From Tequatrovirus LF73P3: a DNA stretch of 64,000 bases. A program made the position numbers and the translations under genes. The stretch lies in the sequence record OZ035756.1; one strand, given 5' to 3'. Shown here piece by piece: positions 46,368 to 58,414 of this stretch; position 1 is the first letter of the stretch, and every line of letters begins with the position of its first letter. The notes under the pieces were generated by a model. The model worked only from the letters and a program-made list of their open reading frames with translations, was not told the DNA's origin and did no database searches.

Positions 46368-48081
46368 TAACCTTAATTGGTTTGTTGGTGTTGTTGAAGA
46401 TAGAATGGACCCATTAAAATTAGGTCGTGTTCGTGTTCGTGTAGTTGGTCTGCATCCACCTCAAAGAGCACAAGGCGACGTAATGGGTATTCCAACTGAT
46501 AAATTACCATGGATGTCAGTTATTCAACCTATAACTTCTGCAGCAATGTCTGGAATTGGAGGCTCCGTTACTGGTCCGGTAGAAGGAACTAGAGTTTATG
46601 GTCATTTTTTAGACAAATGGAAAACTAACGGAATTGTCCTTGGCACTTATGGTGGAATAGTTCGCGAAAAACCGAATAGACTTGAAGGATTTTCTGACCC
46701 GACTGGACAGTATCCTAGACGTCTAGGAAATGATACTAACGTATTAAACCAAGGCGGAGAAGTAGGATATGATTCGTCTTCTAATATTATCCAAGATAGT
46801 AATCTAGACACCGCAATAAATCCCGATGATAGACCGTTATCAGAAATTCCAACCGATGATAATCCAAATATGTCAATGGCTGAAATGCTTCGCCGTGATG
46901 AAGGATTAAGACTAAAAGTCTATTGGGATACAGAAGGATATCCGACAATTGGTATTGGTCATCTTATCATGAAGCAGCCAGTTCGTGATATGACCCAAAT
47001 TAATAAAGTTTTATCAAAACAAGTTGGTCGTGAAATTACCGGAAATCCAGGTTCTATTACAATGGAAGAAGCGGTAACTTTATTTGAACGCGATTTGGCT
47101 GATATGCAACGTGACATTAAATCACATTCTAAAGTTGGCCCAGTTTGGCAAGCAGTTAATCGTTCCCGTCAAATGGCATTAGAAAATATGGCATTTCAGA
47201 TGGGTGTTGGCGGTGTAGCTAAATTTAACACAATGTTAACAGCTATGTTAGCCGGAGATTGGGAAAAGGCATATAAAGCTGGTCGTGATTCATTGTGGTA
47301 TCAACAAACAAAAGGCCGTGCATCCCGTGTTACCATGATTATTCTTACAGGGAATTTGGAATCATATGGTATTGAAGTGAAAACACCAGCTAGGTCTTTG
47401 TCAGCAATGGCTGCTACTGTAGCAAAGTCTTCTGATCCAGCTGACCCTCCTATTCCGAATGATTCGAGAATTTTATTTAAAGAACCTGTTTCTTCATATA
47501 AAGGTGAATATCCGTATGTTCACACAATGGAAACTGAAAGCGGTCATATTCAGGAATTTGATGATACCCCTGGGCAAGAACGATACAGATTAGTTCATCC
47601 GACTGGAACATATGAGGAAGTATCACCCTCAGGAAGAAGAACAAGAAAAACTGTTGATAATTTGTATGATATAACAAATGCTGACGGTAATTTTTTGGTA
47701 GCCGGCGATAAAAAGACTAACGTCGGTGGATCAGAAATTTACTACAACATGGATAATCGTCTTCACCAAATAGATGGAAGCAACACAATATTTGTCCGTG
47801 GCGATGAAACTAAGACAGTTGAAGGTAATGGAACTATCCTAGTTAAAGGTAATGTTACTATTGTAGTCGAAGGTAATGCTGACATTACAGTTAAAGGAGA
47901 TGCTACCACTTTAGTTGAAGGAAATCAGACTAATACAGTAAATGGAAATCTTTCTTGGAAAGTTGCTGGGACAGTTGATTGGGACGTTGGTGGTGATTGG
48001 ACGGAAAAAATGGCATCTATGAGTTCTATTTCATCTGGTCAATACACAATTGATGGTAGCCGTATAGACGTAGGTTTATAA
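46351..48081 (+). CDS. 5: baseplate hub/cell-puncturing protein gp5 with lysozyme domain
   Basis: 576 aa; MEMISNNLNWFVGVVEDRMDPLKLGRVRVRVVGLHPPQ; internal lysozyme domain MAEMLRRDEGLRLKVYWDTEGYPTIGIGHL; C-terminal VxGxxxxx beta-helix repeats. Confidence 0.95.
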   Translation: MEMISNNLNWFVGVVEDRMDPLKLGRVRVRVVGLHPPQRAQGDVMGIPTDKLPWMSVIQPITSAAMSGIGGSVTGPVEGTRVYGHFLDKWKTNGIVLGTYGGIVREKPNRLEGFSDPTGQYPRRLGNDTNVLNQGGEVGYDSSSNIIQDSNLDTAINPDDRPLSEIPTDDNPNMSMAEMLRRDEGLRLKVYWDTEGYPTIGIGHLIMKQPVRDMTQINKVLSKQVGREITGNPGSITMEEAVTLFERDLADMQRDIKSHSKVGPVWQAVNRSRQMALENMAFQMGVGGVAKFNTMLTAMLAGDWEKAYKAGRDSLWYQQTKGRASRVTMIILTGNLESYGIEVKTPARSLSAMAATVAKSSDPADPPIPNDSRILFKEPVSSYKGEYPYVHTMETESGHIQEFDDTPGQERYRLVHPTGTYEEVSPSGRRTRKTVDNLYDITNADGNFLVAGDKKTNVGGSEIYYNMDNRLHQIDGSNTIFVRGDETKTVEGNGTILVKGNVTIVVEGNADITVKGDATTLVEGNQTNTVNGNLSWKVAGTVDWDVGGDWTEKMASMSSISSGQYTIDGSRIDVGL

Positions 48082-48107
48082 ATTTACATCATTAGAGAAT
48101 TCAACAA

Positions 48108-48644
48108 TTGGCTAATATACTTCCAATGAGCGCTGATTTAGGAGAATCCATGGAAGGTTCTTCTATCGACGTCACCTTTACCGCTCAATTAGAAACAGGT
48201 GAAACGTTAGTATCTATAAATATAACTAGTTACGAAGAAACTCCTGGGGTTTTAGTAGAAGAAAATCGTTTATATGGAACGTATGAATCTGTGTTTGGAT
48301 TTGGAAATGATGCGTTGAAATATCGTTTAGATAATGAATTTAAAACTGCTGCTTCATGGGAAGACCTTCCAACTGATTCTAATACCCAATTGTATTTATG
48401 GAAAGCTCCTCAGAACCTCCAGAAGACATTCACTTACGAAGTAACATTAATATATGACTACCAAGAACAAAGTGAATCTGGAGGTTCTGGTAGTAATTCT
48501 AGGTCATCTTCTGATACCACTGAACCAACTGATCCTCCAGCTCCAATAAGAAAAACTCTTGTTAAAAATTATACAAAAACTATAGTTGGAAATTGGAGTC
48601 GTTGGGCTGATAAATTAAGAAGCTACGTATATGAGAGGCAATAA
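48108..48644 (+). CDS. gp5.1-like protein
   Basis: 178 aa ORF between gene 5 and 5.4. Confidence 0.6.
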
Positions 48645-48937
48645 TGTCAGGATTAAGTTATGATAAGTGTGTTACTGCTGGCCATGAAGCGTGGCCTCCA
48701 ACAGTTGTGAATGCTACACAAAGTAAAGTATTCACTGGAGGAATTGCTGTTCTCGTAGCAGGTGATCCAATTACAGAACATACAGAAATTAAAAAGCCAT
48801 ATGAAACACATGGCGGAGTGACACAACCTAGAACTTCTAAGGTATATGTCACTGGAAAGAAAGCTGTTCAAATGGCTGATCCAATATCATGTGGTGATAC
48901 TGTGGCTCAGGCATCATCTAAAGTATTCATTAAATAG
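48644..48937 (+). CDS. 5.4: PAAR-repeat spike tip protein gp5.4
   Basis: 97 aa, [30 protein letters not shown]... Confidence 0.85.
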
Positions 48938-48945
48938 GATTTAAA

Positions 48946-50928
48946 ATGGCAAATACCCCTGTAAATTATCAATTAACACGAACAGCAAATGCTATTCCCG
49001 AGATATTCGTCGGGGGTACATTTGCTGAAATAAAACAAAACCTCATTGAATGGCTTAATGGCCAAAATGAATTTTTGGATTATGATTTTGAAGGCTCAAG
49101 ATTAAACGTTCTGTGTGACCTTTTGGCTTATAATACATTGTACATTCAGCAGTTTGGTAATGCTGCCTTGTATGAAAGCTTTATGCGTACTGCTAATTTA
49201 CGTAGTTCAGTAGTTCAAGCTGCACAAGATAATGGATATTTACCTACTTCAAAATCAGCTGCTCAAACTGAAATTATGCTAACTTGTACAGACGCATTGA
49301 ATAGAAATTATATTACTATTCCTCGTGGTACTCGCTTTTTAGCATATGCAAAAGATACTTCCGTTAATCCTTACAACTTTGTATCTACCGAAGATGTTAT
49401 TGCTATTCGTGATAAAAATAACCAATATTTTCCGCGTTTAAAATTAGCCCAGGGGCGTATAGTAAGAACTGAAATCATCTATGATAAATTAACACCTATT
49501 ATCATTTATGACAAAAATATAGATAGAAATCAAGTTAAACTATACGTTGATGGAGCAGAATGGATTAACTGGACAAGAAAGTCAATGGTTCATGCTGGTT
49601 CTACATCAACAATTTACTACATGCGTGAAACTATTGATGGAAATACTGAGTTTTATTTTGGTGAAGGAGAGATTTCTGTTAATGCGGCAGAAGGAGCATT
49701 GACCGCTAATTATATTGGAGGTCTTAAACCTACCCAGAACTCTACGATTGTTATTGAGTACATCAGTACTAACGGTGCAGATGCGAATGGCGCAGTCGGA
49801 TTTTCATATGCAGATACATTAACAAATATAACTGTCATCAACATTAATGAAAATCCAAACGATGACCCAGATTTTGTTGGGGCAGATGGCGGCGGTGATC
49901 CAGAAGATATTGAACGTATTCGTGAATTGGGTACTATTAAACGCGAGACCCAGCAACGCTGCGTAACTGCGACGGATTATGATACATTCGTTTCAGAGAG
50001 ATTTGGTTCTATTATTCAAGCAGTTCAGACTTTCACTGATTCTACTAAACCTGGTTATGCATTTATTGCTGCTAAACCTAAATCAGGACTATATTTAACT
50101 ACTGTACAGCGCGAAGATATTAAAAATTATCTCAAAGACTATAATTTAGCTCCTATTACGCCATCAATTATTTCTCCTAATTACCTTTTTATTAAGACTA
50201 ATTTAAAAGTCACATATGCTTTAAATAAGCTGCAAGAATCCGAACAGTGGCTCGAAGGTCAAATAATTGATAAAATTGATCGTTATTATACTGAAGATGT
50301 AGAAATTTTTAACTCGTCTTTCGCTAAATCTAAGATGTTGACATATGTAGATGATGCAGATCATTCTATCATTGGCTCATCCGCGACAATTCAAATTGTT
50401 CGTGAAGTACAAAACTTCTATAAAACGCCTGAAGCAGGTATTAAATACAATAATCAAATAAAAGATCGTTCTATGGAATCTAATACGTTTTCATTTAATT
50501 CTGGACGAAAGGTTGTAAATCCTGATACTGGTTTAGAAGAAGATGTGTTATATGACGTTCGCATAGTATCAACAGACCGAAATTCTAAAGGAATTGGTAA
50601 AGTTATTATTGGTCCATTTGCTTCTGGCGATGTTACAGAAAATAAAAACATTCGTCCATATACAGGCAACGATTTTAATAAATTAGCAAATTCTAGTGGA
50701 CGCGACAAATACTATGTTATCGGTGAAATAAATTATCCAGCTGATGTGATTTATTGGAATATCGCTAAAATTAATTTAACATCTGAAAAATTTGAAGTTC
50801 AGACTATTGAATTATATTCTGACCCAACCGATGATGTTATCTTTACTCGCGATGGTTCACTGATTGTATTTGAAAATGACTTACGTCCACAATACTTAAC
50901 TATCGATTTGGAGCCTATATCACAATGA
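48946..50928 (+). CDS. 6: baseplate wedge protein gp6
   Basis: 660 aa, order and length as T4 gp6. Confidence 0.9.
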   Translation: MANTPVNYQLTRTANAIPEIFVGGTFAEIKQNLIEWLNGQNEFLDYDFEGSRLNVLCDLLAYNTLYIQQFGNAALYESFMRTANLRSSVVQAAQDNGYLPTSKSAAQTEIMLTCTDALNRNYITIPRGTRFLAYAKDTSVNPYNFVSTEDVIAIRDKNNQYFPRLKLAQGRIVRTEIIYDKLTPIIIYDKNIDRNQVKLYVDGAEWINWTRKSMVHAGSTSTIYYMRETIDGNTEFYFGEGEISVNAAEGALTANYIGGLKPTQNSTIVIEYISTNGADANGAVGFSYADTLTNITVININENPNDDPDFVGADGGGDPEDIERIRELGTIKRETQQRCVTATDYDTFVSERFGSIIQAVQTFTDSTKPGYAFIAAKPKSGLYLTTVQREDIKNYLKDYNLAPITPSIISPNYLFIKTNLKVTYALNKLQESEQWLEGQIIDKIDRYYTEDVEIFNSSFAKSKMLTYVDDADHSIIGSSATIQIVREVQNFYKTPEAGIKYNNQIKDRSMESNTFSFNSGRKVVNPDTGLEEDVLYDVRIVSTDRNSKGIGKVIIGPFASGDVTENKNIRPYTGNDFNKLANSSGRDKYYVIGEINYPADVIYWNIAKINLTSEKFEVQTIELYSDPTDDVIFTRDGSLIVFENDLRPQYLTIDLEPISQ

Positions 50929-53900
50929 CAGTAAAAGCACCTTCAGTCACTAGTCTCAGAATTTCCAAGTTATCCGCAAATCAGGTGCAAGTACGCTGGG
51001 ATGACGTTGGTGCTAATTTCTACTATTTTGTAGAAATCGCTGAGACAAAAACAAACTCGGGGGGAAATCTCCCGAGTAATCAATACCAATGGATTAACTT
51101 AGGATATACTGCAAATAACAGCTTCTTTTTTGATAATGCTAATCCATTGACATCGTACATTATTAGAGTAGCTACAGCTGCACAGGATTTTGAGCAGTCT
51201 GATTGGATTTATACCGAAGAGTTTGAAACTTTTGCTACAAACGCTTATACATTTCAAAACATGATTGAAATGCAATTAGCTAATAAATTCATTCAGGAAA
51301 AATTTACTCTTAATAATTCTGACTATGTTAATTTTAATAATGACACTATAATGGCTGCATTGATGAATGAATCATTCCAATTCAGCCCATCATATGCTGA
51401 TGTTTCATCAATAAGTAATTTTATTATTGGTGAAAATGAGTATCATGAAATACAAGGTTCTATTCAGCAAGTATGTAAGGATATTAACCGAGTTTATTTG
51501 ATGGAATCAGAAGGGATTCTATATCTTTTTGAGCGCTATCAGCCTGTAGTTAAAGTATCCAATGATAAAGGACAAACCTGGAAAGCTGTAAAGCTCTTCA
51601 ATGACCGTGTAGGATATCCTTTATCTAAGACTGTATATTACCAATCTGCGAGCACAACATACGTTCTAGGATACGACAAGATTTTCTATGGCCGCAAATC
51701 TACTGATGTTAGATGGTCAGCTGATGATGTCAGATTTAGTTCGCAGGACATAACATTCGCTAAACTTGGTGATCAACTTCATTTGGGATTTGATGTTGAA
51801 ATCTTTGGTACTTATGCTACATTACCTGCAAATGTGTATCGTATAGCTGAAGCTATTACTTGCACTGATGATTACATTTACGTTGTCGCCAGAGACAAAG
51901 TTAGATACATAAAAACGAGTAATGCACCTATAGATTCTGACCCATTATCTCCAACATATTCGGAAAGGCTATTTGAACCTGATACGATGACTATAACCGG
52001 AAATCCTAAAGCAGTATGTTATAAAATGGATTCTATTGGTGATAAAGTTTTTGCTCTTATTGTTGGAGAAGTTGAAACATTAAATGCTAATCCTAGAACA
52101 TCAAAAATAATTGATTCTGCCGATAAAGGAATATATGTTTTAAATCATGACACAAAAACGTGGAAAAGAGTTTTTGGCAACACTGAAGAAGAAAGAAGAC
52201 GTATTCAACCTGGATATGCGAATATGTCAACTGACGGTAAATTAGTTTCTCTATCTTCGAGTAATTTTAAATTTTTAAGTGATAACATTGTTAATGACCC
52301 TGAAACTGCAGCGAAATATCAGTTAATCAGTGCTATTAAATATGAATTTCCTCGTGAATGGTTAGCTGATAAGCATTATCATATGATGGCATTTATAGCA
52401 GATGAAAAATCTGATTGGGAAACTTTTACACCTCAGCCGATGAAATACTATGCAGAACCATTCTTTAACTGGTCTAAAAAATCTAACACACGCTGTTGGA
52501 TAAACAACTCTGATAGAGCTGTAGTAGTTTATGCTGATTTAAAATACACCAAAGTTATAGAAAATATTCCGGAAACATCGCCAGATAGATTAGTTCATGA
52601 ATACTGGGATGATGGTGATTGTACGATAGTAATGCCAAATGTTAAATTCACGGGATTTAAAAAATACGCGTCTGGGATGCTTTTTTATAAATCTTCTGGT
52701 GAAATAATTTCTTACTATGATTTTAACTATCGAGTGAGAGACACTGTCGAAATAATTTGGAAGCCAACTGGAATATTTTTAAAAGCATTTTTACAAAACC
52801 AAGAGCATGAGACTCCTTGGTCGCCAGAAGAAGAGCATGGATTAGCTGACCCTGATTTAAGACCATTAATTGGCACAATGATGCCTGATTCTTATTTGTT
52901 GCAGGATTCGAATTTTGAGGCATTTTGTGAAGCATATATTCAATATCTTTCTGACGGATACGGAACTCAGTATAATAATTTACGAAATTTAATTCGTAAT
53001 CAGTATCCACGAGAAGAGCATGCGTGGGAATATTTGTGGTCAGAGATATATAAAAGAAACATTTATTTAAATGCTGACAAACGTGATGCTGTTGTAAGAT
53101 TTTTTGAATCACGTAGTTATGATTTTTATTCTACTAAAGGAATTGAAGCATCATACAAATTTCTTTTTAAAGTTCTTTATAATGAAGAAGTTGAAATTGA
53201 AATTGAATCTGGGGCTGGTACTGAATATGACATAATCGTTCAATCTGATTCTTTGACTGAAGATTTAGTAGGACAAACGATTTATACAGCCACAGGAAGA
53301 TGTAATGTTACTTATATAGAAAGAAGTTATTCTAACGGTAAATTGCAATGGACCGTAACTATTCATAATCTTTTGGGAAGATTAATTGCTGGTCAAGAAG
53401 TTAAAGCAGAAAGACTCCCTAGTTTTGAAGGCGAAATTATTCGTGGAGTTAAAGGAAAGGATTTGCTTCAAAACAATATAGACTATATTAATAGAAGTAG
53501 ATCATACTATGTAATGAAAATTAAATCCAATTTACCTTCTTCCCGCTGGAAATCTGACGTTATTCGTTTTGTTCATCCAGTAGGATTTGGATTTATAGCA
53601 ATTACCCTTTTAACGATGTTTATTAATGTTGGTTTAACTCTTAAACATACAGAGACTATAATTAATAAATACAAAAACTATAAATGGGATTCTGGATTGC
53701 CTACTGAATATGCTGATAGAGTAGCTAAATTAACTCCAACCGGTGAAATTGAGTATGATTCAGTAACAGGCGAAGCAATTTATGAGCCTGGCCCAATGGC
53801 TGGTGTAGAATATCCTCTTCCTGATGACTATAATGCTGAAAATAATAATTCAATATTTCAAGGTCAATTGCCGTCTGAACGACGTAAATTAATGAGTCCC

Positions 53901-54023
53901 CTATTTGATGCTTCTGGAACAACATTTGCGCAATTTAGGGATTTAGTTAATAAACGTCTAAAAGATAATATAGGAAATCCAAGAGACCCTGAAAATCCAA
54001 CACAGGTTAAAATAGATGAATGA
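50925..54023 (+). CDS. 7: baseplate wedge protein gp7
   Basis: 1032 aa; 4-nt overlap with gene 6. Confidence 0.9.
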   Translation: MTVKAPSVTSLRISKLSANQVQVRWDDVGANFYYFVEIAETKTNSGGNLPSNQYQWINLGYTANNSFFFDNANPLTSYIIRVATAAQDFEQSDWIYTEEFETFATNAYTFQNMIEMQLANKFIQEKFTLNNSDYVNFNNDTIMAALMNESFQFSPSYADVSSISNFIIGENEYHEIQGSIQQVCKDINRVYLMESEGILYLFERYQPVVKVSNDKGQTWKAVKLFNDRVGYPLSKTVYYQSASTTYVLGYDKIFYGRKSTDVRWSADDVRFSSQDITFAKLGDQLHLGFDVEIFGTYATLPANVYRIAEAITCTDDYIYVVARDKVRYIKTSNAPIDSDPLSPTYSERLFEPDTMTITGNPKAVCYKMDSIGDKVFALIVGEVETLNANPRTSKIIDSADKGIYVLNHDTKTWKRVFGNTEEERRRIQPGYANMSTDGKLVSLSSSNFKFLSDNIVNDPETAAKYQLISAIKYEFPREWLADKHYHMMAFIADEKSDWETFTPQPMKYYAEPFFNWSKKSNTRCWINNSDRAVVVYADLKYTKVIENIPETSPDRLVHEYWDDGDCTIVMPNVKFTGFKKYASGMLFYKSSGEIISYYDFNYRVRDTVEIIWKPTGIFLKAFLQNQEHETPWSPEEEHGLADPDLRPLIGTMMPDSYLLQDSNFEAFCEAYIQYLSDGYGTQYNNLRNLIRNQYPREEHAWEYLWSEIYKRNIYLNADKRDAVVRFFESRSYDFYSTKGIEASYKFLFKVLYNEEVEIEIESGAGTEYDIIVQSDSLTEDLVGQTIYTATGRCNVTYIERSYSNGKLQWTVTIHNLLGRLIAGQEVKAERLPSFEGEIIRGVKGKDLLQNNIDYINRSRSYYVMKIKSNLPSSRWKSDVIRFVHPVGFGFIAITLLTMFINVGLTLKHTETIINKYKNYKWDSGLPTEYADRVAKLTPTGEIEYDSVTGEAIYEPGPMAGVEYPLPDDYNAENNNSIFQGQLPSERRKLMSPLFDASGTTFAQFRDLVNKRLKDNIGNPRDPENPTQVKIDE

Positions 54024-55020
54024 TTCAAGTGTTATCTATCGTGCGATAGTTACTTCAAAATTTAGAACAGAAAAAATGCTGAATTTTTATAATTCAATTG
54101 GAAGTGGTCCGGATAAAAACACTATCTTTATCACATTTGGAAGATCAGAACCGTGGTCATCAAATGAAAATGAGGTGGGCTTTGCCCCACCTTATCCAAC
54201 CGATTCTGTATTAGGCGTAACTGACATGTGGACGCATATGATGGGAACAGTAAAAGTTCTTCCATCAATGCTTGATGCTGTTATTCCTCGCAGAGATTGG
54301 GGAGATACTAGATATCCGGATCCATACACATTTAGAATTAACGATATTGTAGTGTGTAACTCAGCTCCTTACAACGCTACTGAATCAGGCGCAGGCTGGT
54401 TAGTATATCGTTGTTTAGATGTTCCTGATACCGGAATGTGTTCAATAGCATCTTTAACTAATAAGGATGAATGCCTCAAATTAGGCGGAAAATGGACTCC
54501 TTCTGTTAGGTCAATGACTCCTCCTGAAGGTCGAGGAGATGCGGAAGGAACAATCGAACCTGGAGACGGATATGTTTGGGAATATCTTTTTGAGATTCCG
54601 CCCGATGTATCTATAAATAGATGCACAAATGAATATATCGTAGTTCCTTGGCCTGAGGAATTAAAAGAAGACCCAACTAGATGGGGGTATGAAGATAATC
54701 TCACTTGGCAACAAGATGATTTTGGATTAATTTATCGCGTTAAGGCAAACACTATACGTTTTAAAGCATATTTAGATTCAGTTTACTTTCCTGATGCTGC
54801 ATTACCGGGAAATAAAGGATTTAGACAAATATCAATAATCACCAATCCTCTTGAAGCTAAAGTTCATCCAAATGACCCAAACGTTAAAGCTGAAAAGGAT
54901 TATTATGATCCGGAAGATTTAATGAGGCATTCGGGTGAAATGATTTATATGGAAAATAGGCCACCTATTATCATGGCAATGGATCAAACAGAAGAAATCA
55001 ATATTCTGTTTACATTTTAA
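54016..55020 (+). CDS. 8: baseplate wedge protein gp8
   Basis: 334 aa. Confidence 0.9.
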   Translation: MNDSSVIYRAIVTSKFRTEKMLNFYNSIGSGPDKNTIFITFGRSEPWSSNENEVGFAPPYPTDSVLGVTDMWTHMMGTVKVLPSMLDAVIPRRDWGDTRYPDPYTFRINDIVVCNSAPYNATESGAGWLVYRCLDVPDTGMCSIASLTNKDECLKLGGKWTPSVRSMTPPEGRGDAEGTIEPGDGYVWEYLFEIPPDVSINRCTNEYIVVPWPEELKEDPTRWGYEDNLTWQQDDFGLIYRVKANTIRFKAYLDSVYFPDAALPGNKGFRQISIITNPLEAKVHPNDPNVKAEKDYYDPEDLMRHSGEMIYMENRPPIIMAMDQTEEINILFTF

Positions 55021-55024
55021 ATTA

Positions 55025-55049
55025 AGGGAGCCCATGGGCTCCCTTTTTC
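55025..55049 (+). terminator. rho-independent terminator after gene 8
   Basis: GGGAGCCC-AU-GGGCUCCC followed by UUUUUCUUU. Confidence 0.7.
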
Positions 55050-55051
55050 TT

Positions 55052-55059
55052 TATAAATA
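55052..55059 (+). promoter_or_regulatory. late promoter TATAAATA upstream of gene 9
   Basis: Exact TATAAATA 25 nt upstream of gene 9 ATG. Confidence 0.6.
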
Positions 55060-55083
55060 CTATAAACTCATAAGGAAACCGCT

Positions 55084-55950
55084 ATGTTCATTCAAGAACC
55101 AAAGAAATTGATTGATACCGGCGAAATTGGTAACGCTTCTACTGGTGATATCTTATTCGACGGTGGTAATAAAATTAATAGTGATTTTAACGCAATTTAT
55201 AATGCGTTTGGCGATCAGCGCAAAATGGCAGTAGCAAATGGCACTGGAGCAAATGGCCAAATTATCCATGCTACTGGATATTATCAAAAGCACTCTATAG
55301 CAGAGTACGCAACTCCAGTAAAAGTTGGCACTAGACATGATATTGATACCTCTACTGTAGGTGTTAAAGTTATCATTGAAAAAGGCGAACTTGGCGACTG
55401 TGTTGAATTTATTAACTCAAATGGATCAATATCAGTTACTAATCCTTTAACAATTCAGGCTATTGATTCAATCAAAGGTGTTTCGGGTAATTTGGTAGTA
55501 ACTAGCCCATATAGTAAAGTTACTTTACGATGTATTTCATCTGATAATTCTACATCTGTTTGGAATTATTCTATTGAAAGTATGTTTGGACAAAAGGAAT
55601 CACCAGCTGAAGGTACATGGAATATTTCTACATCTGGATCAGTTGACATTCCACTATTTCACCGTACTGAATATAACATGGCTAAATTGTTAGTTACGTG
55701 CCAATCGATAGATGGAAGAAAAATTAAAACAGCAGAAATAAATATTCTTGTGGATAATGCTAATTCAGAGGTCATTTCTTCTGAATATGCTGTCATGCGA
55801 GTTGGGAATGAAACTGAAGAAGACGAAATCGCTAATATTGCATTTAGTATTAAAACAAATTATGTAACAGCGACTATAAGTTCTTCAACTGTCGGTATGA
55901 GAGCAGCAGTTAAAGTTATCGCTACGCAGAAAATCGGGGTGGCTCAATAA
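55084..55950 (+). CDS. 9: baseplate protein gp9 (long tail fibre socket)
   Basis: 288 aa, MFIQEPKKLIDTGEIGNASTGDILFDGGNKINSDFN... Confidence 0.9.
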   Translation: MFIQEPKKLIDTGEIGNASTGDILFDGGNKINSDFNAIYNAFGDQRKMAVANGTGANGQIIHATGYYQKHSIAEYATPVKVGTRHDIDTSTVGVKVIIEKGELGDCVEFINSNGSISVTNPLTIQAIDSIKGVSGNLVVTSPYSKVTLRCISSDNSTSVWNYSIESMFGQKESPAEGTWNISTSGSVDIPLFHRTEYNMAKLLVTCQSIDGRKIKTAEINILVDNANSEVISSEYAVMRVGNETEEDEIANIAFSIKTNYVTATISSSTVGMRAAVKVIATQKIGVAQ

Positions 55951-57755
55951 TGAAACAAAATATTAATATCGGTAATGTTGTTGATGATGGTACCGGTGAC
56001 TACCTGCGTAAAGGTGGTATAAAAATAAATGAAAACTTTGATGAACTTTATTATGAACTTGGTGATGGAGATGTTCCATATTCAGCCGGTGCCTGGAAAA
56101 CTTATAATGCTTCATCTGGACAAACACTAACGGCAGAATGGGGAAAATCATATGCCATTAATACTTCGTCTGGAAGAGTAACTCTACAACTTCCTAAAGG
56201 AACTGTTAATGATTACAACAAGGTAATTAGAGCTAGAGACGTATTCGCTACATGGAACATCAATCCAGTTACTTTAGTAGCTGCTTCCGGAGATACAATT
56301 AAAGGGTCGTCATCATCGGTTGAAATTAATGTTCAATTTAGTGATTTAGAGCTCGTTTATTGCGCACCAGGACGTTGGGAGTATGTCAAAAACAAACAAA
56401 TTGATAAAATTATTAGTTCAGATATTAGTAATGTAGCTCGCAAAGAATTTTTAGTAGAAGTTCAAGGACAAACTGACTTTTTAGATGTTTTCCATGGAAC
56501 TAGTTATAATGTCAATAACATCAGAGTAAAACACCGCGGTAACGAATTATATTACGGCGATGTATTTAGTGAAAACAGTGACTTTGGCTCTCCGGGGGAA
56601 AATGAAGGAGAATTAATTCCTCTTGATGGATTTAATATTAGGTTAAGACAGCCTTGTAATATTGGCGACACTGTTCAAATTGAAACGTTTATGGATGGTG
56701 TATCACAATGGAGAAGTTCATATACAAGACGCCAAATAAAAGTACTAGATTCAAAACTAACATCAAAGACTTCTTTAGAAGGAAGCATTTATGTTACTGA
56801 TTTATCGGCGATGAAATCAATTCCATTCTCTGCGTTTGGATTAATTCCTGGCGAACCCATTAATCCTAATTCTCTCGAGGTTCGTTTTAATGGAATTTTA
56901 CAGCAACAGGCTGGAACAGCTGGGTATCCTCTGTTTTTGTGCGAAGGCGCTAATTCAGATACGCAAGAAGGATGTATATCTCTTGGTGGCGAATGGAAAG
57001 AATCAAACACAGATTATTCTATAGAATATGAAGATGGAAAACCTACCAGTCTTTTATTTGATAGAAAATTTGAATCAGGCGATATAATCGTTATAACGTG
57101 GTTCAATAATGATTTAGGAACTCTTTTAGAAAAAGATGACATCATTGAATTAACGGATGACCGTTATGTTAGTAAAGGATCATCTACCGAAGTTACTGGT
57201 GATGTAGCCTTAACGGATTTTGATAAAATCGGTTGGCCAAATGTTGAAAAAGTTGATTCTTATACTAGAACGTATAATTCAATATCATCTATTTTCGATA
57301 GCATTTATCCTGTAGGTTCAATTTATGAAAATGCTATAAACCCAAATAATCCGGTGACTTATATGGGGTTTGGTTCATGGAAATTATTTGGTAAAGGACA
57401 AGTTTTAGTAGGATGGAATGATGATGTTACGGATCCAAACTTTGCTTTAAACAATAATGATTTAGATTCTAGTGGAAATCCTTCACACACTGCCGGTGGA
57501 ACAGTTGGAACAACATCAGTAACGCTTGAAAACGCAAATCTTCCTGCGACTAAAACTGATGAAAGAGTTTTAATTGAAGATGAAAATGGATCAGTTATTA
57601 TTGGAGGTTGTCAATATGACCCAGATGAAACTGGTCCTATATATACAAAATATCGTGAAGACTATGCAACAACAAACTCTTCACATACTCCTCCTACTAA
57701 TATTAGTAATATTCAACCGTCTATTACTGTATACCGTTGGATAAGGATTGCATAA
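55950..57755 (+). CDS. 10: baseplate wedge protein gp10
   Basis: 601 aa, [23 protein letters not shown]... Confidence 0.9.
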   Translation: MKQNINIGNVVDDGTGDYLRKGGIKINENFDELYYELGDGDVPYSAGAWKTYNASSGQTLTAEWGKSYAINTSSGRVTLQLPKGTVNDYNKVIRARDVFATWNINPVTLVAASGDTIKGSSSSVEINVQFSDLELVYCAPGRWEYVKNKQIDKIISSDISNVARKEFLVEVQGQTDFLDVFHGTSYNVNNIRVKHRGNELYYGDVFSENSDFGSPGENEGELIPLDGFNIRLRQPCNIGDTVQIETFMDGVSQWRSSYTRRQIKVLDSKLTSKTSLEGSIYVTDLSAMKSIPFSAFGLIPGEPINPNSLEVRFNGILQQQAGTAGYPLFLCEGANSDTQEGCISLGGEWKESNTDYSIEYEDGKPTSLLFDRKFESGDIIVITWFNNDLGTLLEKDDIIELTDDRYVSKGSSTEVTGDVALTDFDKIGWPNVEKVDSYTRTYNSISSIFDSIYPVGSIYENAINPNNPVTYMGFGSWKLFGKGQVLVGWNDDVTDPNFALNNNDLDSSGNPSHTAGGTVGTTSVTLENANLPATKTDERVLIEDENGSVIIGGCQYDPDETGPIYTKYREDYATTNSSHTPPTNISNIQPSITVYRWIRIA

Positions 57756-58414
57756 TGAGTTTACTTAATAATAAAGCGGGAGTTATTTCCCGCTTAGCGG
57801 ATTTTCTTGGTTTTAGAACTAAGAAAAATGATATTTCGATTATGAATAATCAGCCAGTAGGCGCTGTAACAATTTCACAAATATCAAAAGGTTTTTATGA
57901 TTCAAATGTAGAATCTGCTATCAATGATGTTAGAAATATGGCAGAGCAACCGGTTGGAGCTGTATTAGTTAATATAAGCGGCGTATCTCCTACTGGCGTG
58001 CAACAAACCGACTATTGGTCATTTGAAGGAACTGTTACTGATACTTCAGTCAAACCAGGTGACCCGGTTATTGTTAACATGTTTGGTATTCCAGTTAAAG
58101 CTACTAATGGAATGACTTCAATTGAATTTACTAGTGCCGTTAGAATAGCTCTACAGGAAATGGTTGTAAAATTTATTGCAATTGATTCATTTGAAGACCA
58201 TCCTACCATAGGAAATAAAATACAAGTTAAGTATTTAGATAACCAAGAACATATCTTAGAACAATACTCTGATAAAGGAATTACTTTCAAACAGGAAATA
58301 ATTTCTCCTTCTAAACCTGGGTATGGAACTTGGCAATTATTAGGTGCGCAAACTGTTACGCTAGATAGTCACACACAACCTACAGTATTTTATTATTTTG
58401 AGAGAGTAGCATGA
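57755..58414 (+). CDS. 11: baseplate protein gp11 (short tail fibre attachment)
   Basis: 219 aa from ATG overlapping gene 10 stop (TAATG); track ORF begins at a TTG upstream. Confidence 0.85.
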   Translation: MSLLNNKAGVISRLADFLGFRTKKNDISIMNNQPVGAVTISQISKGFYDSNVESAINDVRNMAEQPVGAVLVNISGVSPTGVQQTDYWSFEGTVTDTSVKPGDPVIVNMFGIPVKATNGMTSIEFTSAVRIALQEMVVKFIAIDSFEDHPTIGNKIQVKYLDNQEHILEQYSDKGITFKQEIISPSKPGYGTWQLLGAQTVTLDSHTQPTVFYYFERVA